Part shown: positions 38,141-47,000 of the stretch, piece by piece
Layout: the number at the start of each line of letters is the position of its first letter
Position numbering within the stretch: position 1 is the first letter of the stretch
Source: Lentisphaerota bacterium
GTDB lineage: Bacteria; Verrucomicrobiota; Lentisphaeria; Victivallales; GWF2-38-69
DNA: 64,000 nt
Assembly: GCA_037127655.1 (NCBI GenBank)
Contig: JBAXXY010000001.1
Span: forward strand, 26,192-90,191
Direction of reading: 5' to 3'
Notes under the pieces: model-generated
Databases searched by the model: none
What the model was told of the DNA's origin: nothing
The model's input: only the letters and a program-made list of their open reading frames with translations
Program-made: the position numbers and the translations under genes

Positions 38141-39466
38141 ATGAAAGTTTTCAGGGGAACAATACTACATTTTCTGGATAATCCTGAAGGCAACTACGAA
38201 TCATCTTATGAATATATCAAAGACGGGTTGCTAGTCCTGGATTCAACCGGAAAGATAAAGGAAGTCGGAGAGTTTGAAAAACTAAAGAACCATTTTTCGG
38301 CCGAAAATCTGGAGTATGTAAACTATTCACAGTACATGATAATACCGGGTTTCATCGACTCACATATTCACTTTCCTCAGCTTGAAATGATTGCTTCCTA
38401 CAGCGGCGGACAACTCCTTGAGTGGCTGGAAAGATGCGTTTTTGCTACTGAAAATAAATACAAAGACTTTGCTTACTCGAAATCAAAAGCTGAATTTTTC
38501 CTCAGAACCCTTATAAAAAACGGCACGACATCTGCTCTGGCTTTCACTAGTGTACATAAAGCCTCGACAGAAGCATTTTTCGAATGCGCTGAAAAACTCG
38601 ATATGCTAATGATCAGCGGAAAAGTGCTTATGGACAGAAATGCTCCTGAATATCTTCTTGATACGCCTGAGAAAGCCTATGAAGAGAGCAAAGAGCTCAT
38701 AGAAAAATGGCATAATAGAGGCAGACTAAAATATGCGCTGACGCCAAGATTTGCGCCTACTTCGACTGAAGCACAATTGGAAGTTGTTTCATCTCTCAAG
38801 AAGCAATTTGCTGACATTTATTTACAGACGCATCTGTCAGAGAACAAAAACGAAGTTAAGTGGGTAAAAGAATTATTCCCCTGGAGCAAAGATTATTGTG
38901 ATGTTTATGAAAAATTCGAGCTTCTCGGAAAGAGAAGCGTATTTGCTCACTGCGCTCAACTCAATGACAGAGAGTTTAATGCAATCAAAGAATCTGATTC
39001 GGTAATATCGTGGTGTCCGAGCTCTAACTTTTTCCTCGGAAGCGGAGTATTCAATATAAACAAAGCTAAAGAACTTGCAGTCCGTCTCTCATTAGGCTCC
39101 GATGTTGGCGGTGGAAACCATATTTTTATGCTTCAGGTAATGGATGAAGCTTATAAGGTCGGAGCAATACAAAACTATAATGTTCGCCCCTTAGCTACAT
39201 TCTACCAATCCACGCTAGGTAATGCAAAAGCCCTGAGTATTGATGACAAAGTGGGTAATTTTGCCTCCGGCAAGGACGCAGATTTTTTAGTTATTAATCC
39301 TTATGCTACGCCATTTTTAAAGGAAAGACTCGAAACAGCTGACACTCTTGAGAAAAAACTCTTCTGCATCCAGATGCTTGCCGACAAAAGGATTATTAAA
39401 GCAGTTTACATTAATGGGAAAAAACGCTTTGAAAATAATTCAACTACTGATGAAAGATACTACTGA
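38141..39466 (+). CDS. guaD: Guanine deaminase
   Basis: Near-collinear match to E. coli GuaD blocks: PGFIDSHIHFPQ, GGQLLEWL, NGTTSALAF, GKVLMDRNAPEYLLDT, TPRFAPTST, THLSENKNEVKWV, FAHC, GSDVGGG. Confidence 0.95.
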   Translation: MKVFRGTILHFLDNPEGNYESSYEYIKDGLLVLDSTGKIKEVGEFEKLKNHFSAENLEYVNYSQYMIIPGFIDSHIHFPQLEMIASYSGGQLLEWLERCVFATENKYKDFAYSKSKAEFFLRTLIKNGTTSALAFTSVHKASTEAFFECAEKLDMLMISGKVLMDRNAPEYLLDTPEKAYEESKELIEKWHNRGRLKYALTPRFAPTSTEAQLEVVSSLKKQFADIYLQTHLSENKNEVKWVKELFPWSKDYCDVYEKFELLGKRSVFAHCAQLNDREFNAIKESDSVISWCPSSNFFLGSGVFNINKAKELAVRLSLGSDVGGGNHIFMLQVMDEAYKVGAIQNYNVRPLATFYQSTLGNAKALSIDDKVGNFASGKDADFLVINPYATPFLKERLETADTLEKKLFCIQMLADKRIIKAVYINGKKRFENNSTTDERYY

Positions 39467-39551
39467 CCGCGGTGTCCCAGTATAAAAACAGCAAATAACC
39501 AACGCCAAACACGGAACTTCAATTTCTTAAATCTAAAATCATAAATTCAAC

Positions 39552-39570
39552 CACGGGCAAGATTCCCGTG
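39552..39570 (-). terminator. GC-rich hairpin just downstream of the distal secretin gene
   Basis: cacggg-caagatt-cccgtg (6-bp GC stem) lies 6 nt after the stop. On the - strand it is followed by a T-rich stretch (gttgaatttatgatttt). Confidence 0.4.
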
Positions 39571-39575
39571 CTACG

Positions 39576-41969
39576 CTAATCGCGGAAAGTCGGGAGGCCG
39601 GCATTTCGGGACGGTCGAAGCGGTGTCCCGTCAGGGCGGATTAACTGAACAGTCGTAAATATCAGTAAGTTTGTCTTGTCTGGAGCGTCAATTTGAGACT
39701 GAAAGAGCCTGCCAACCAATGGGATATCGCTCAAAATTGGAACATTATCATTTATGCTTTGCGTTGTATCTTGATAAACTCCCCCAAGAACAACTGTTTC
39801 ATTATCATAAGTCCTAACTTGTGTTTGAACTACTCTTGCGCTGATTTCGGGCATTTTTATGGGTTGATCCGTAATAACTTGAGTATCAGCTCCTCCAGAT
39901 GATGCATAGCTGTATTCGGTCCAACCGACGAGATCTAAAACTTGAGGTTCAAGAACCATGTCTATAGTGTAATTGTCAGAACTTACCTGAGGCGTAACAT
40001 CCAACCGTATGCCAAGCGGCGTAGGAGTGGTCGCACTTACTGTCGGGGTAGCTGGAATTGTCGTTGTTACTGTACTTGATTGTGAGGTTACGGATTGTAC
40101 TTGCGTTTGTGTTATTGTTGGGGCTGTCCAACTTGTAGGAAAAAACCTGTCTGTCGTGAGTCTTATTGTGGCCTTTTGCCCGCTTAGAGTTGTAACTCTA
40201 GGAGCAGAAAGTATTTCTGCTTTTTCATTTTGATTTAAAGCATGCATTGTCCCACCTAAGTCAATGCCATTACTACTATAAAGAAAACCAAATTCCTTGT
40301 CGGGTATTTTTTCACCTATAGGGTTGCCTTTTGTATCATCTGCAAATCTGTCAATAGTGTTATTTGGGACACCTCCATTTGATTTTTTCCAACTCGGATT
40401 ATTGGAGTCAGATCTGCTAAACTGCCAATCAAAGCCAAGTTCTTCAAAGTCTTTCTGCCTCATTTCAACAAATTTTGCCGCAATTGAGACCTGAGGAAGC
40501 GTGTCTTCCAAAGCATCAAGAACAGTTTTAACATTGTTAATTTCAGCAGGCGTATTTCTGATTATCAGACGGCTGATTTTTGGGTCATAAACACAAGTGG
40601 TGCCTTCAGGGAACTGTACACCGCGTTCTATGAAATATTGCTTCATGTCAGCTTCTTTATTGTCGGGAAGCATATCCAGAAAAACTTCCTTTTCAACAGG
40701 GAGGACTTCTGTATCTAAATTGCTTTCCTGCACATTGGGAGAATGTATCTCAACAGCATATTTATTGATCTTGTAATTCAAACCTGAAGCTTTGCAAATA
40801 TAGTATATTGCTTTTCCCAAAGAGACATTTTCAACTACTAAAGTCACCTGATATTGATTTGCTATATTAGGTTCTTCTTTGTTAGCTGAGCCTTCATTCC
40901 ACCCCTCTGCATTAGCTTCCCTCTGGGTCGGCTGCGCTCCCTGCGGCGCGGCATTAGCGACGGCCGGGGCTGGAGGCGTAAGAGATTCTAGCCTTAAAAA
41001 GAAGTTAACGCCTTTGCCTGTAGGGTCCTCTTTCTGGCTTTCGCTCTTTAAAAAAGCTATAGCCGTATCAATTGGAACACCCTCAAATGAAATATTTTTA
41101 ATTACTATTGAATTAAGTTTTTCCTGTATGGCGCTGACTGAATCTTTTCTTCCCGAAGTATCTGATTCGATAAGGTCCACTCTTTCGCCGCTAAGGGTTC
41201 TAGACATTATAGGGGAAAGTTTCTCCCATTCAATTTCAGCGGCTCTTTCGGTGGCTGTTACCTGAGTTTTGTAGTCGCCTGCAGCTGTTATCTTAATATT
41301 TATCTGTTTTATGTATTCAATGGCATTTGTGTTATACGGGTCTATAAGCAGAAGTTCCTGAAATTTATCTTTTGCCTGATTATACATTTTTTTATTAAAC
41401 AGAGTTTTTCCTTGTTCGTAGAGTACATCTACGCTATAGAGTTTTTCCTTATTGTCAGGAAGAAGTTTTACCGTAGAACTGGACTGCTGGTAATCCATTA
41501 CTTTTTTATTTTCACTGTAGTAAGCAATGAGTCTGTCGGCAAGCTCACTGCATTGCGGGTTCATCTCTTTGGCTTCTTTGCAAAGTTCGATGGATTTTTC
41601 AATTTGAGCCGGGTCTGAATTTTCTTTTGCTTCATTTAGAAGTTCCTGTGACCAGGCGGTATAAACATTGGAGAGAGATTGAGTAATATTAGATATTTTC
41701 TTCTGAGCATCTGAAGTGCTGGAGCCAGGAGATTTTGAGATGATTGAGATCGCTTGCAGATACGAATCTTTAGCTTGAGCATAATTTCTATCAAGATAAG
41801 CCTTGTTTCCCTGGCTGAGAAGTTCATCGGCGTCAATTGCCTTAGCCTGGTTTATTACTTCAGTTTGGGTATTTAATGCAGCGATATCCTGTTCTGGCGT
41901 GGTTGCAGAGGAAAAACACAAGAGGCCCGAAAAAAGGCTTACAAATATTGCTAAAATTTTAAACTTCAT
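39576..41969 (-). CDS. Secretin (GspD/PilQ family) with an N-terminal TPR/coiled-coil region - paralogue B
   Basis: Signal peptide. TPR-like YLDRNYAQAKDSY and LLIDPYNTNA. N0/STN-like IVIKNISFEGVPIDTAIAFLKSE. N1-like block. Secretin core VSIAAKFVEM...ILSAPRVTTLSGQKA...VVLGGVYQD...VPILSDIPLVGRLFQ...NLLIFTTVQLI. Confidence 0.85.
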   Translation of the reverse strand: MKFKILAIFVSLFSGLLCFSSATTPEQDIAALNTQTEVINQAKAIDADELLSQGNKAYLDRNYAQAKDSYLQAISIISKSPGSSTSDAQKKISNITQSLSNVYTAWSQELLNEAKENSDPAQIEKSIELCKEAKEMNPQCSELADRLIAYYSENKKVMDYQQSSSTVKLLPDNKEKLYSVDVLYEQGKTLFNKKMYNQAKDKFQELLLIDPYNTNAIEYIKQINIKITAAGDYKTQVTATERAAEIEWEKLSPIMSRTLSGERVDLIESDTSGRKDSVSAIQEKLNSIVIKNISFEGVPIDTAIAFLKSESQKEDPTGKGVNFFLRLESLTPPAPAVANAAPQGAQPTQREANAEGWNEGSANKEEPNIANQYQVTLVVENVSLGKAIYYICKASGLNYKINKYAVEIHSPNVQESNLDTEVLPVEKEVFLDMLPDNKEADMKQYFIERGVQFPEGTTCVYDPKISRLIIRNTPAEINNVKTVLDALEDTLPQVSIAAKFVEMRQKDFEELGFDWQFSRSDSNNPSWKKSNGGVPNNTIDRFADDTKGNPIGEKIPDKEFGFLYSSNGIDLGGTMHALNQNEKAEILSAPRVTTLSGQKATIRLTTDRFFPTSWTAPTITQTQVQSVTSQSSTVTTTIPATPTVSATTPTPLGIRLDVTPQVSSDNYTIDMVLEPQVLDLVGWTEYSYASSGGADTQVITDQPIKMPEISARVVQTQVRTYDNETVVLGGVYQDTTQSINDNVPILSDIPLVGRLFQSQIDAPDKTNLLIFTTVQLIRPDGTPLRPSRNAGLPTFRD

Positions 41970-42029
41970 ATTTAATGACTTTCCTGTTTTTAAACGGCGC
42001 CCTCGGAGAGACCGCCCTACCTAATCTTA

Positions 42030-42059
42030 ACTCAAAACCCAAAACTTAACACTCAAAAC
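42030..42059. repeat. 9-bp direct repeat ACTCAAAAC x2 with 21-bp period in the inter-secretin spacer
   Basis: Identical 9-mers at 42030-42038 and 42051-42059, each preceded by TTA(AC). Confidence 0.6.
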
Positions 42060-42076
42060 TTTCCCAACAAAGAGCA

Positions 42077-42094
42077 GTCACGACGGAGCGTGAC
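42077..42094 (-). terminator. Short GC hairpin after secretin A (possible attenuator or partial terminator)
   Basis: gtcacg-acggag-cgtgac (6-bp stem) lies about 30 nt after the stop. On the - strand it is followed by tgctctttgtt. Confidence 0.3.
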
Positions 42095-42123
42095 CCTCCA
42101 CGGCAGTTTCAGAGAAAATGCCA

Positions 42124-44559
42124 CTACCTGCCGAAATCAAAGAACGAATTGGTCTGTTTCCTAAACGGAGTACCGTCTGGATTAACCAGTCTCGCGCTTA
42201 CAAATATAATTAGATTTTTTCTCTCTACATCCTGATACTTTGAACGGAAGAGTCTGCCAAACAATGGTACATCAGATAGAAATGGCATCGAATCGTCCAC
42301 ATAAATGGCATCTTCTCTGATTGTTCCGCCTAGGACGATAGTTTCGCCATCATAAATTTTAACTTTAGTTACAACATCTCTATGAGATATTTGAGCCATT
42401 TTAACAGGGGAATCAATAGTTGTGGGAGTATCTACCCCTTGAGTTGTTTGAGTAATTTGATAAGAGTAATTATCCCATCCTACAAAATCTATTACTTGAG
42501 GTTTGAGGTCAAGAAGTATCGTGTGGTTATTCGGGCTGACTGTTGGAGTGGCCCACATCATAATGCCCAAATCGGTTGGGTCTCCAAATGTCGGACCTGA
42601 GAAAGTGATTGTCGAATTAACATCTCCTGTCGGGACTGTAGGTTGAGTCCAATCAGTAGGGTAATATACTTTTTTAACCATTTCTATAAAAGCAGCTGAT
42701 CCGCTCTTAGTTATGACTTTTGGAGAAGATAGAACTTCTACAGTTTTGCTTTGGTCTATCGCATACATCCAGAAGTTGAGATTAAATTGTTTGTTGTCGC
42801 TGTTTACGGCAAAATCGTTTATCAAAGCGTATTGATTGTCAGTATTGGGATCTGTAAAGTGGTTGATTATAGGATCATTCCCTTGTACCCCTCCACCTTG
42901 ATCATAAGGGTTAATCCCTGTTTTTGCCCCTTGATAATTAAGCCTCCACTTAAAAGCTATTTCTTCCAGCTCAGTCTGAGTAATTTCCACAAATTTAGCT
43001 TCGATTAGCACCAGCGGAATATCTACATCAATTTCCTTGATCAAACTTTCAGCAATTCTCATGTTTTCAGGGGAGTTAGTTATTACAAGCATGCTTGTTT
43101 TGCTGTCCCAGGCGATATTTGAGCCTGGAGGAAATGGAAGGCCTCGTTGAAGGAAATAGGCTTGTAAGTTTGCAGATGTCACCTTTGCCTCTAATATTTT
43201 GGATGTGTTTAGCATGCTGGTGGCGTCAAAGGATTTTTTAACGCTCAAATCTACATCATCTACGGACAAGTTTGATACAATTGAGTTAATAAGGCCTGAT
43301 CTGATTGGAAAAAACTGAGTTGTCATCTTGTCAATAGAGTCGTCGCCGATGACAACAGCATCTTCTTCTATTCTGTATTTAAGCCCTGAATACAAACAGA
43401 CATATCGGATAATTTCACCTATCGGCACATCGTCAAGCTGGATAGTAACGCTCTTTGGCTGTACTTGAGTATTGGAAAGTCTTAAAATTATATTTATACC
43501 TTTACCTTCTTTTTCATCTGCTATTTTGCTTTCTCTGCTTAAATATGTTATTACCGATGAAATAGAAGCGTCTTCAAAGTCAATCTTGGGAATAATCAAA
43601 GTGTTGAGCCTTTCTTTCATATTATTCATATTTTCAGACTGAGCTTCTATAACTTTAAGAACTTCATCGCTAGTGATGTTTGGCGGAACCGCCTCATTAT
43701 TCAGCCACTGTGCTTGAGCAATAGCCTCATATTGTTTTGCCTGAGCCCGCGCTTTGCCTGTATCAAGAATCTGTGTATAAAGAGTTTGAAGCATAGTCAT
43801 TGCTTTGTAATTATACGGATCCAGAACCAAAGCTTTTTCCAGACAATCTTTAGCCTTGTCATATTCTTTGTTCTTCATGAAAACCTGTGCGTCTGTGATG
43901 TATGTATCCAAATCCATTACGCGGTACTTGTAGTTTGGCATAGAACCATTCAGATTGGTTTCTTGCGTGAATTTCTGGTTGTCTTTGGCGTAGGTGGAGT
44001 TTTGGATAAACCCTTGCTGAATAGTCGTAGTTGGGTTGCTGGTAGTTTTGGGCTCAAACATTTCAAATGGTACTTTTCCATTTTCGGATGCTTGCTTAAG
44101 ATTGATTTTCTTGATAATCGCGATGGATTCTTCGGAGAGTTTTATTGATTTATCGTATTCTTTATTGAGGAAAGCATTGGCGGCCTGATCTTCGAGGTAG
44201 TCGGCCCATTTCTTATAGAAAAGATTTTTTTTACTCTGAAGAATTGATCTTTTTATCTGCATCTGGCGGTCATCGCTGAGAGAGTCGTAGAGTTTTGATA
44301 TTTTGGCATACTCTTTTTCGGCATCCTGGAACTTTGCGGCAGCAACGAAAGATTGAATATTCTGCTCCATCTGTTCAACTTCTTTATCAATTTGCTGTCT
44401 TTGAAGTTCAACTTCGGTGGAGATAGCAGAATCTGACTCTGTGTCGCTCGAAGTTTCAGCTAAAATACTAAACGAACCAAGCAAAAGGAAAGCGCCAACA
44501 AGCATAAGCGCATAAATCTTTCGCGATTTAATAAAATTCCTATTTATTTTTTGTGTCAT
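42124..44559 (-). CDS. Secretin (GspD/PilQ family) with an N-terminal TPR/coiled-coil region - paralogue A
   Basis: Signal peptide ALMLVGAFLLLGSFSILA. TPR-like KNKEYDKAKDCLEKALVLDPYNYKA. N0/STN-like LIIPKIDFEDASISSVITYLSRE. Secretin core LVLIEAKFVEI...VLSSPKVITKSGSAA...IVLGGTIRED...MPFLSDVPLFGRLFR...NLIIFVSARLV. Confidence 0.85.
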   Translation of the reverse strand: MTQKINRNFIKSRKIYALMLVGAFLLLGSFSILAETSSDTESDSAISTEVELQRQQIDKEVEQMEQNIQSFVAAAKFQDAEKEYAKISKLYDSLSDDRQMQIKRSILQSKKNLFYKKWADYLEDQAANAFLNKEYDKSIKLSEESIAIIKKINLKQASENGKVPFEMFEPKTTSNPTTTIQQGFIQNSTYAKDNQKFTQETNLNGSMPNYKYRVMDLDTYITDAQVFMKNKEYDKAKDCLEKALVLDPYNYKAMTMLQTLYTQILDTGKARAQAKQYEAIAQAQWLNNEAVPPNITSDEVLKVIEAQSENMNNMKERLNTLIIPKIDFEDASISSVITYLSRESKIADEKEGKGINIILRLSNTQVQPKSVTIQLDDVPIGEIIRYVCLYSGLKYRIEEDAVVIGDDSIDKMTTQFFPIRSGLINSIVSNLSVDDVDLSVKKSFDATSMLNTSKILEAKVTSANLQAYFLQRGLPFPPGSNIAWDSKTSMLVITNSPENMRIAESLIKEIDVDIPLVLIEAKFVEITQTELEEIAFKWRLNYQGAKTGINPYDQGGGVQGNDPIINHFTDPNTDNQYALINDFAVNSDNKQFNLNFWMYAIDQSKTVEVLSSPKVITKSGSAAFIEMVKKVYYPTDWTQPTVPTGDVNSTITFSGPTFGDPTDLGIMMWATPTVSPNNHTILLDLKPQVIDFVGWDNYSYQITQTTQGVDTPTTIDSPVKMAQISHRDVVTKVKIYDGETIVLGGTIREDAIYVDDSMPFLSDVPLFGRLFRSKYQDVERKNLIIFVSARLVNPDGTPFRKQTNSFFDFGR

Positions 44560-45745
44560 CGGTAGCTGATTTTTCCTTTATTATTCCTTTTATTGAGGCT
44601 ATAGGCCTCATATAATCAGTAGAATTTCTAACAGTATAGTTTTTTTCGTCTCTTTGGAATACCAGAGATTCTTTTGAAGCTGTTTCTGAAATGATAACAT
44701 CTTTTAGCTCATATTCCTCAATGCCTATGAAACTATTTCCCAACGAGATGGAAGCATTGTGTCTGACTTTGTATTCTTCTCCCGTATAAATATCCTTTAC
44801 TGTTACGAGATTGTCTTTCTCATAAATATATTTATTGACTTGCGCCTGAAGTTTTTCTCCCTTGCTTGTCTGTAATATTATTGCAGAATCGTCATACTCA
44901 ATCATCGCGCCCAGATTGGGGTCAAGTTTCTCGTAGGTATGCTCTACAATGTCTGTAATTTTATAGGATATATTCGGCAATTCAACAGTCGCGCCAATTT
45001 TAAGGAATTGTGTGCTGGGCGTAATATTGGGATCATCAAAGTTTACCTGAATATTCCATTTTGTTTTGTCCTTCCCTGATTTAACTATATTCTTTATCAG
45101 AAAAGGCACTTTAGCCTTGGATATGCCTAAAAGAACAAGTCTTTTGACTAAAGGCGGATGAATTTTAGGATTGTCTATGCCCTCAGGATTATATAAATAT
45201 TCTTGAAGATTTGTGAAAGAGTCATTGTCCAGATCGTAATTGGCATCGGCCGGGTTTGCAGGATTAAATCCGTACTTCTTCTCAATAAGATCAGGGATGC
45301 CGTCACCATCGCTATCCTGTGTTTTTTCCACTGATCCTGCATCAGGAACTATGAGTTTGTCTTTTGTAATTGGGCAAAAACCAAGTTTGTAATATTCATA
45401 GGGAATGAGTTTGCCGTCTGCTTTCGGAGCATTGGAGCGAGATATCTTGAAAGGCCTCATGAAATCTGTGTAAGTAACGATATAAAATTCATCTTTTGTG
45501 TCTAATTCTCTCTTTTCAGAAGGCATCCACAAGATGCTGCTGGAAAGAGTCGCATTGAAATCGTAAAATGCAGGCTTCAGGTTTTTGTATGGTATTTTAT
45601 TTACGATGACTGTTACCCCGTTAGCTCTGGCTTCCTCAGATTTATAGAAGAGATCTACCAGCCAAATCAAAGAGAGAATGAATAATGCCAGAATAAACCC
45701 CAGCGTCATCTTTTCCCAATTTTTCTTAACAAAGGTAAATTTCAT
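44540..45745 (-). CDS. Bitopic membrane protein with DxDxDG calcium-binding-type repeats; possible PilP/GspC-like secretin adaptor
   Basis: N-terminal TM LGFILALFILSLIWLV. DSDGDGIPDLIE..NPANPADANYDLDNDSFTNLQEY at nt 45188-45316 (thrombospondin-type-3-like). The beta-rich C-terminus has LVLLGIS...FLKIGATVEL...YKITDIV. The stop overlaps the secretin A start by 20 nt. Confidence 0.4.
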   Translation of the reverse strand: MKFTFVKKNWEKMTLGFILALFILSLIWLVDLFYKSEEARANGVTVIVNKIPYKNLKPAFYDFNATLSSSILWMPSEKRELDTKDEFYIVTYTDFMRPFKISRSNAPKADGKLIPYEYYKLGFCPITKDKLIVPDAGSVEKTQDSDGDGIPDLIEKKYGFNPANPADANYDLDNDSFTNLQEYLYNPEGIDNPKIHPPLVKRLVLLGISKAKVPFLIKNIVKSGKDKTKWNIQVNFDDPNITPSTQFLKIGATVELPNISYKITDIVEHTYEKLDPNLGAMIEYDDSAIILQTSKGEKLQAQVNKYIYEKDNLVTVKDIYTGEEYKVRHNASISLGNSFIGIEEYELKDVIISETASKESLVFQRDEKNYTVRNSTDYMRPIASIKGIIKEKSATDDTKNK

Positions 45746-45755
45746 ATAATGTGTA

Positions 45756-47000
45756 TTAGAGAATCTTCTTTTTAAAAATTACATAATTAACGACTATAGA
45801 CGCTTTGACTATATCTGAAGTCCCAAGAAGTATTTTTATCTGTGAAGCAGGATTACTGATCTGAGCTTTTGGGTTATATGGAGGCAGATTATTCACATTG
45901 TCTTCCAGGACTGATACGCTGAATGCCTCAACTACATAAACCCTGTTTTCCTTGTAGGCTTCCTGAAGGTTGTCCAGAAAAGTCCTAAGTGACTCCATAG
46001 ATGTAATGACATCTATCTTATACTCAAATATGAGAAAATTAGAGTCTTCAAAACCCTTGATGCCATTCATTTTATTGTAGGATTCTATTGATTCGATATT
46101 AGATTTAGCCACTCTCTGGAAAAAGTCTTCCAGGAATCTGCAGTAATTTATTATGTAGGGGATTTCATCGTCACTGGGTACTGATGCGAACTCAGTAAAA
46201 AGAGTGAGTTTGCCGCCCTGAACAGCCACATTGTTTGTCGTTAAGATGCGGTTGAGCCCTGACTCGATATCTGAAGCTATGTTCTTGCATCTAATTCTGG
46301 AGAAGTCCAGTGATATTCCTAGAGACGCAAGTATGTAGTCGTCAATAGTATCCTTATTCAAAGGTTCGAGTGTCATTTTCTGAAATTCGATAAGGAAAGC
46401 GTTTCTGGCAAGGTCGAATTCTTCAGGCGTGTATTTTTTGTATTTACGAAAATTATTGAAAATATCTCCAACTGAAAGTTCCTGTTTCGTCTTCTTTTCT
46501 TCTTCTATGTAAACCTTCCATGAGTTTATGAAATCATAGACGAGTTCTTCATCTGTCATGCTTTTGAGAACTTCAAGTCTGGTCTTTATATCATTCTGCC
46601 TCTGCAGTGTGGCGCTGCTTCCTTCTTTCTCGAGTTCATCAAGCTTAGTCTCAAGCATTTCTAGATCTTCTTTCTTGAGAGATTTCATAAAAGCCAGTAG
46701 AGGTTTAGCATAAACATAGCCGAAGACATCTTCAAGTTTGTATGTATTAAGTTTAAGAGTCCTAATATCTTTAGTGATGAGTTCTATATTTTTTTCTGAA
46801 GGATAAGGACTAGTCGAATTGAGAACACTGATTTTTTCCTTAAGTTCCTCTAGTCTAAGGTCAGAATCCAAACGAGCTGAATTCTCGTCATAAATCATAT
46901 AAATCAATATCATAGAAATAAGCAGTAAAGGCCCGATTATGGAACTCATTATCGGGTTTCTTTTAAAGAAGTCTAGTTTGAATTTGAGTTTGAGCTTCAT
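45756..47000 (-). CDS. Bitopic membrane protein with a long coiled coil; possible PilO/GspM-like component
   Basis: N-terminal TM IIGPLLLISMILIYMI, an extended heptad-like K/E/L region, and a C-terminal alpha/beta module (IFEYKIDVITSMESLRTFLDNLQEAYKENRVYVVEAFSV). 4-nt overlap with the upstream gene. Confidence 0.35.
   Translation of the reverse strand: MKLKLKFKLDFFKRNPIMSSIIGPLLLISMILIYMIYDENSARLDSDLRLEELKEKISVLNSTSPYPSEKNIELITKDIRTLKLNTYKLEDVFGYVYAKPLLAFMKSLKKEDLEMLETKLDELEKEGSSATLQRQNDIKTRLEVLKSMTDEELVYDFINSWKVYIEEEKKTKQELSVGDIFNNFRKYKKYTPEEFDLARNAFLIEFQKMTLEPLNKDTIDDYILASLGISLDFSRIRCKNIASDIESGLNRILTTNNVAVQGGKLTLFTEFASVPSDDEIPYIINYCRFLEDFFQRVAKSNIESIESYNKMNGIKGFEDSNFLIFEYKIDVITSMESLRTFLDNLQEAYKENRVYVVEAFSVSVLEDNVNNLPPYNPKAQISNPASQIKILLGTSDIVKASIVVNYVIFKKKIL

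Noticed and set aside
40879-41265. 128-aa and other 65-144-aa ORFs antisense to the secretin genes (for example, 43714-44148)
   Set aside because: They lie inside well-supported secretin coding sequence. Their composition is low-complexity, and there are no start-site signals.
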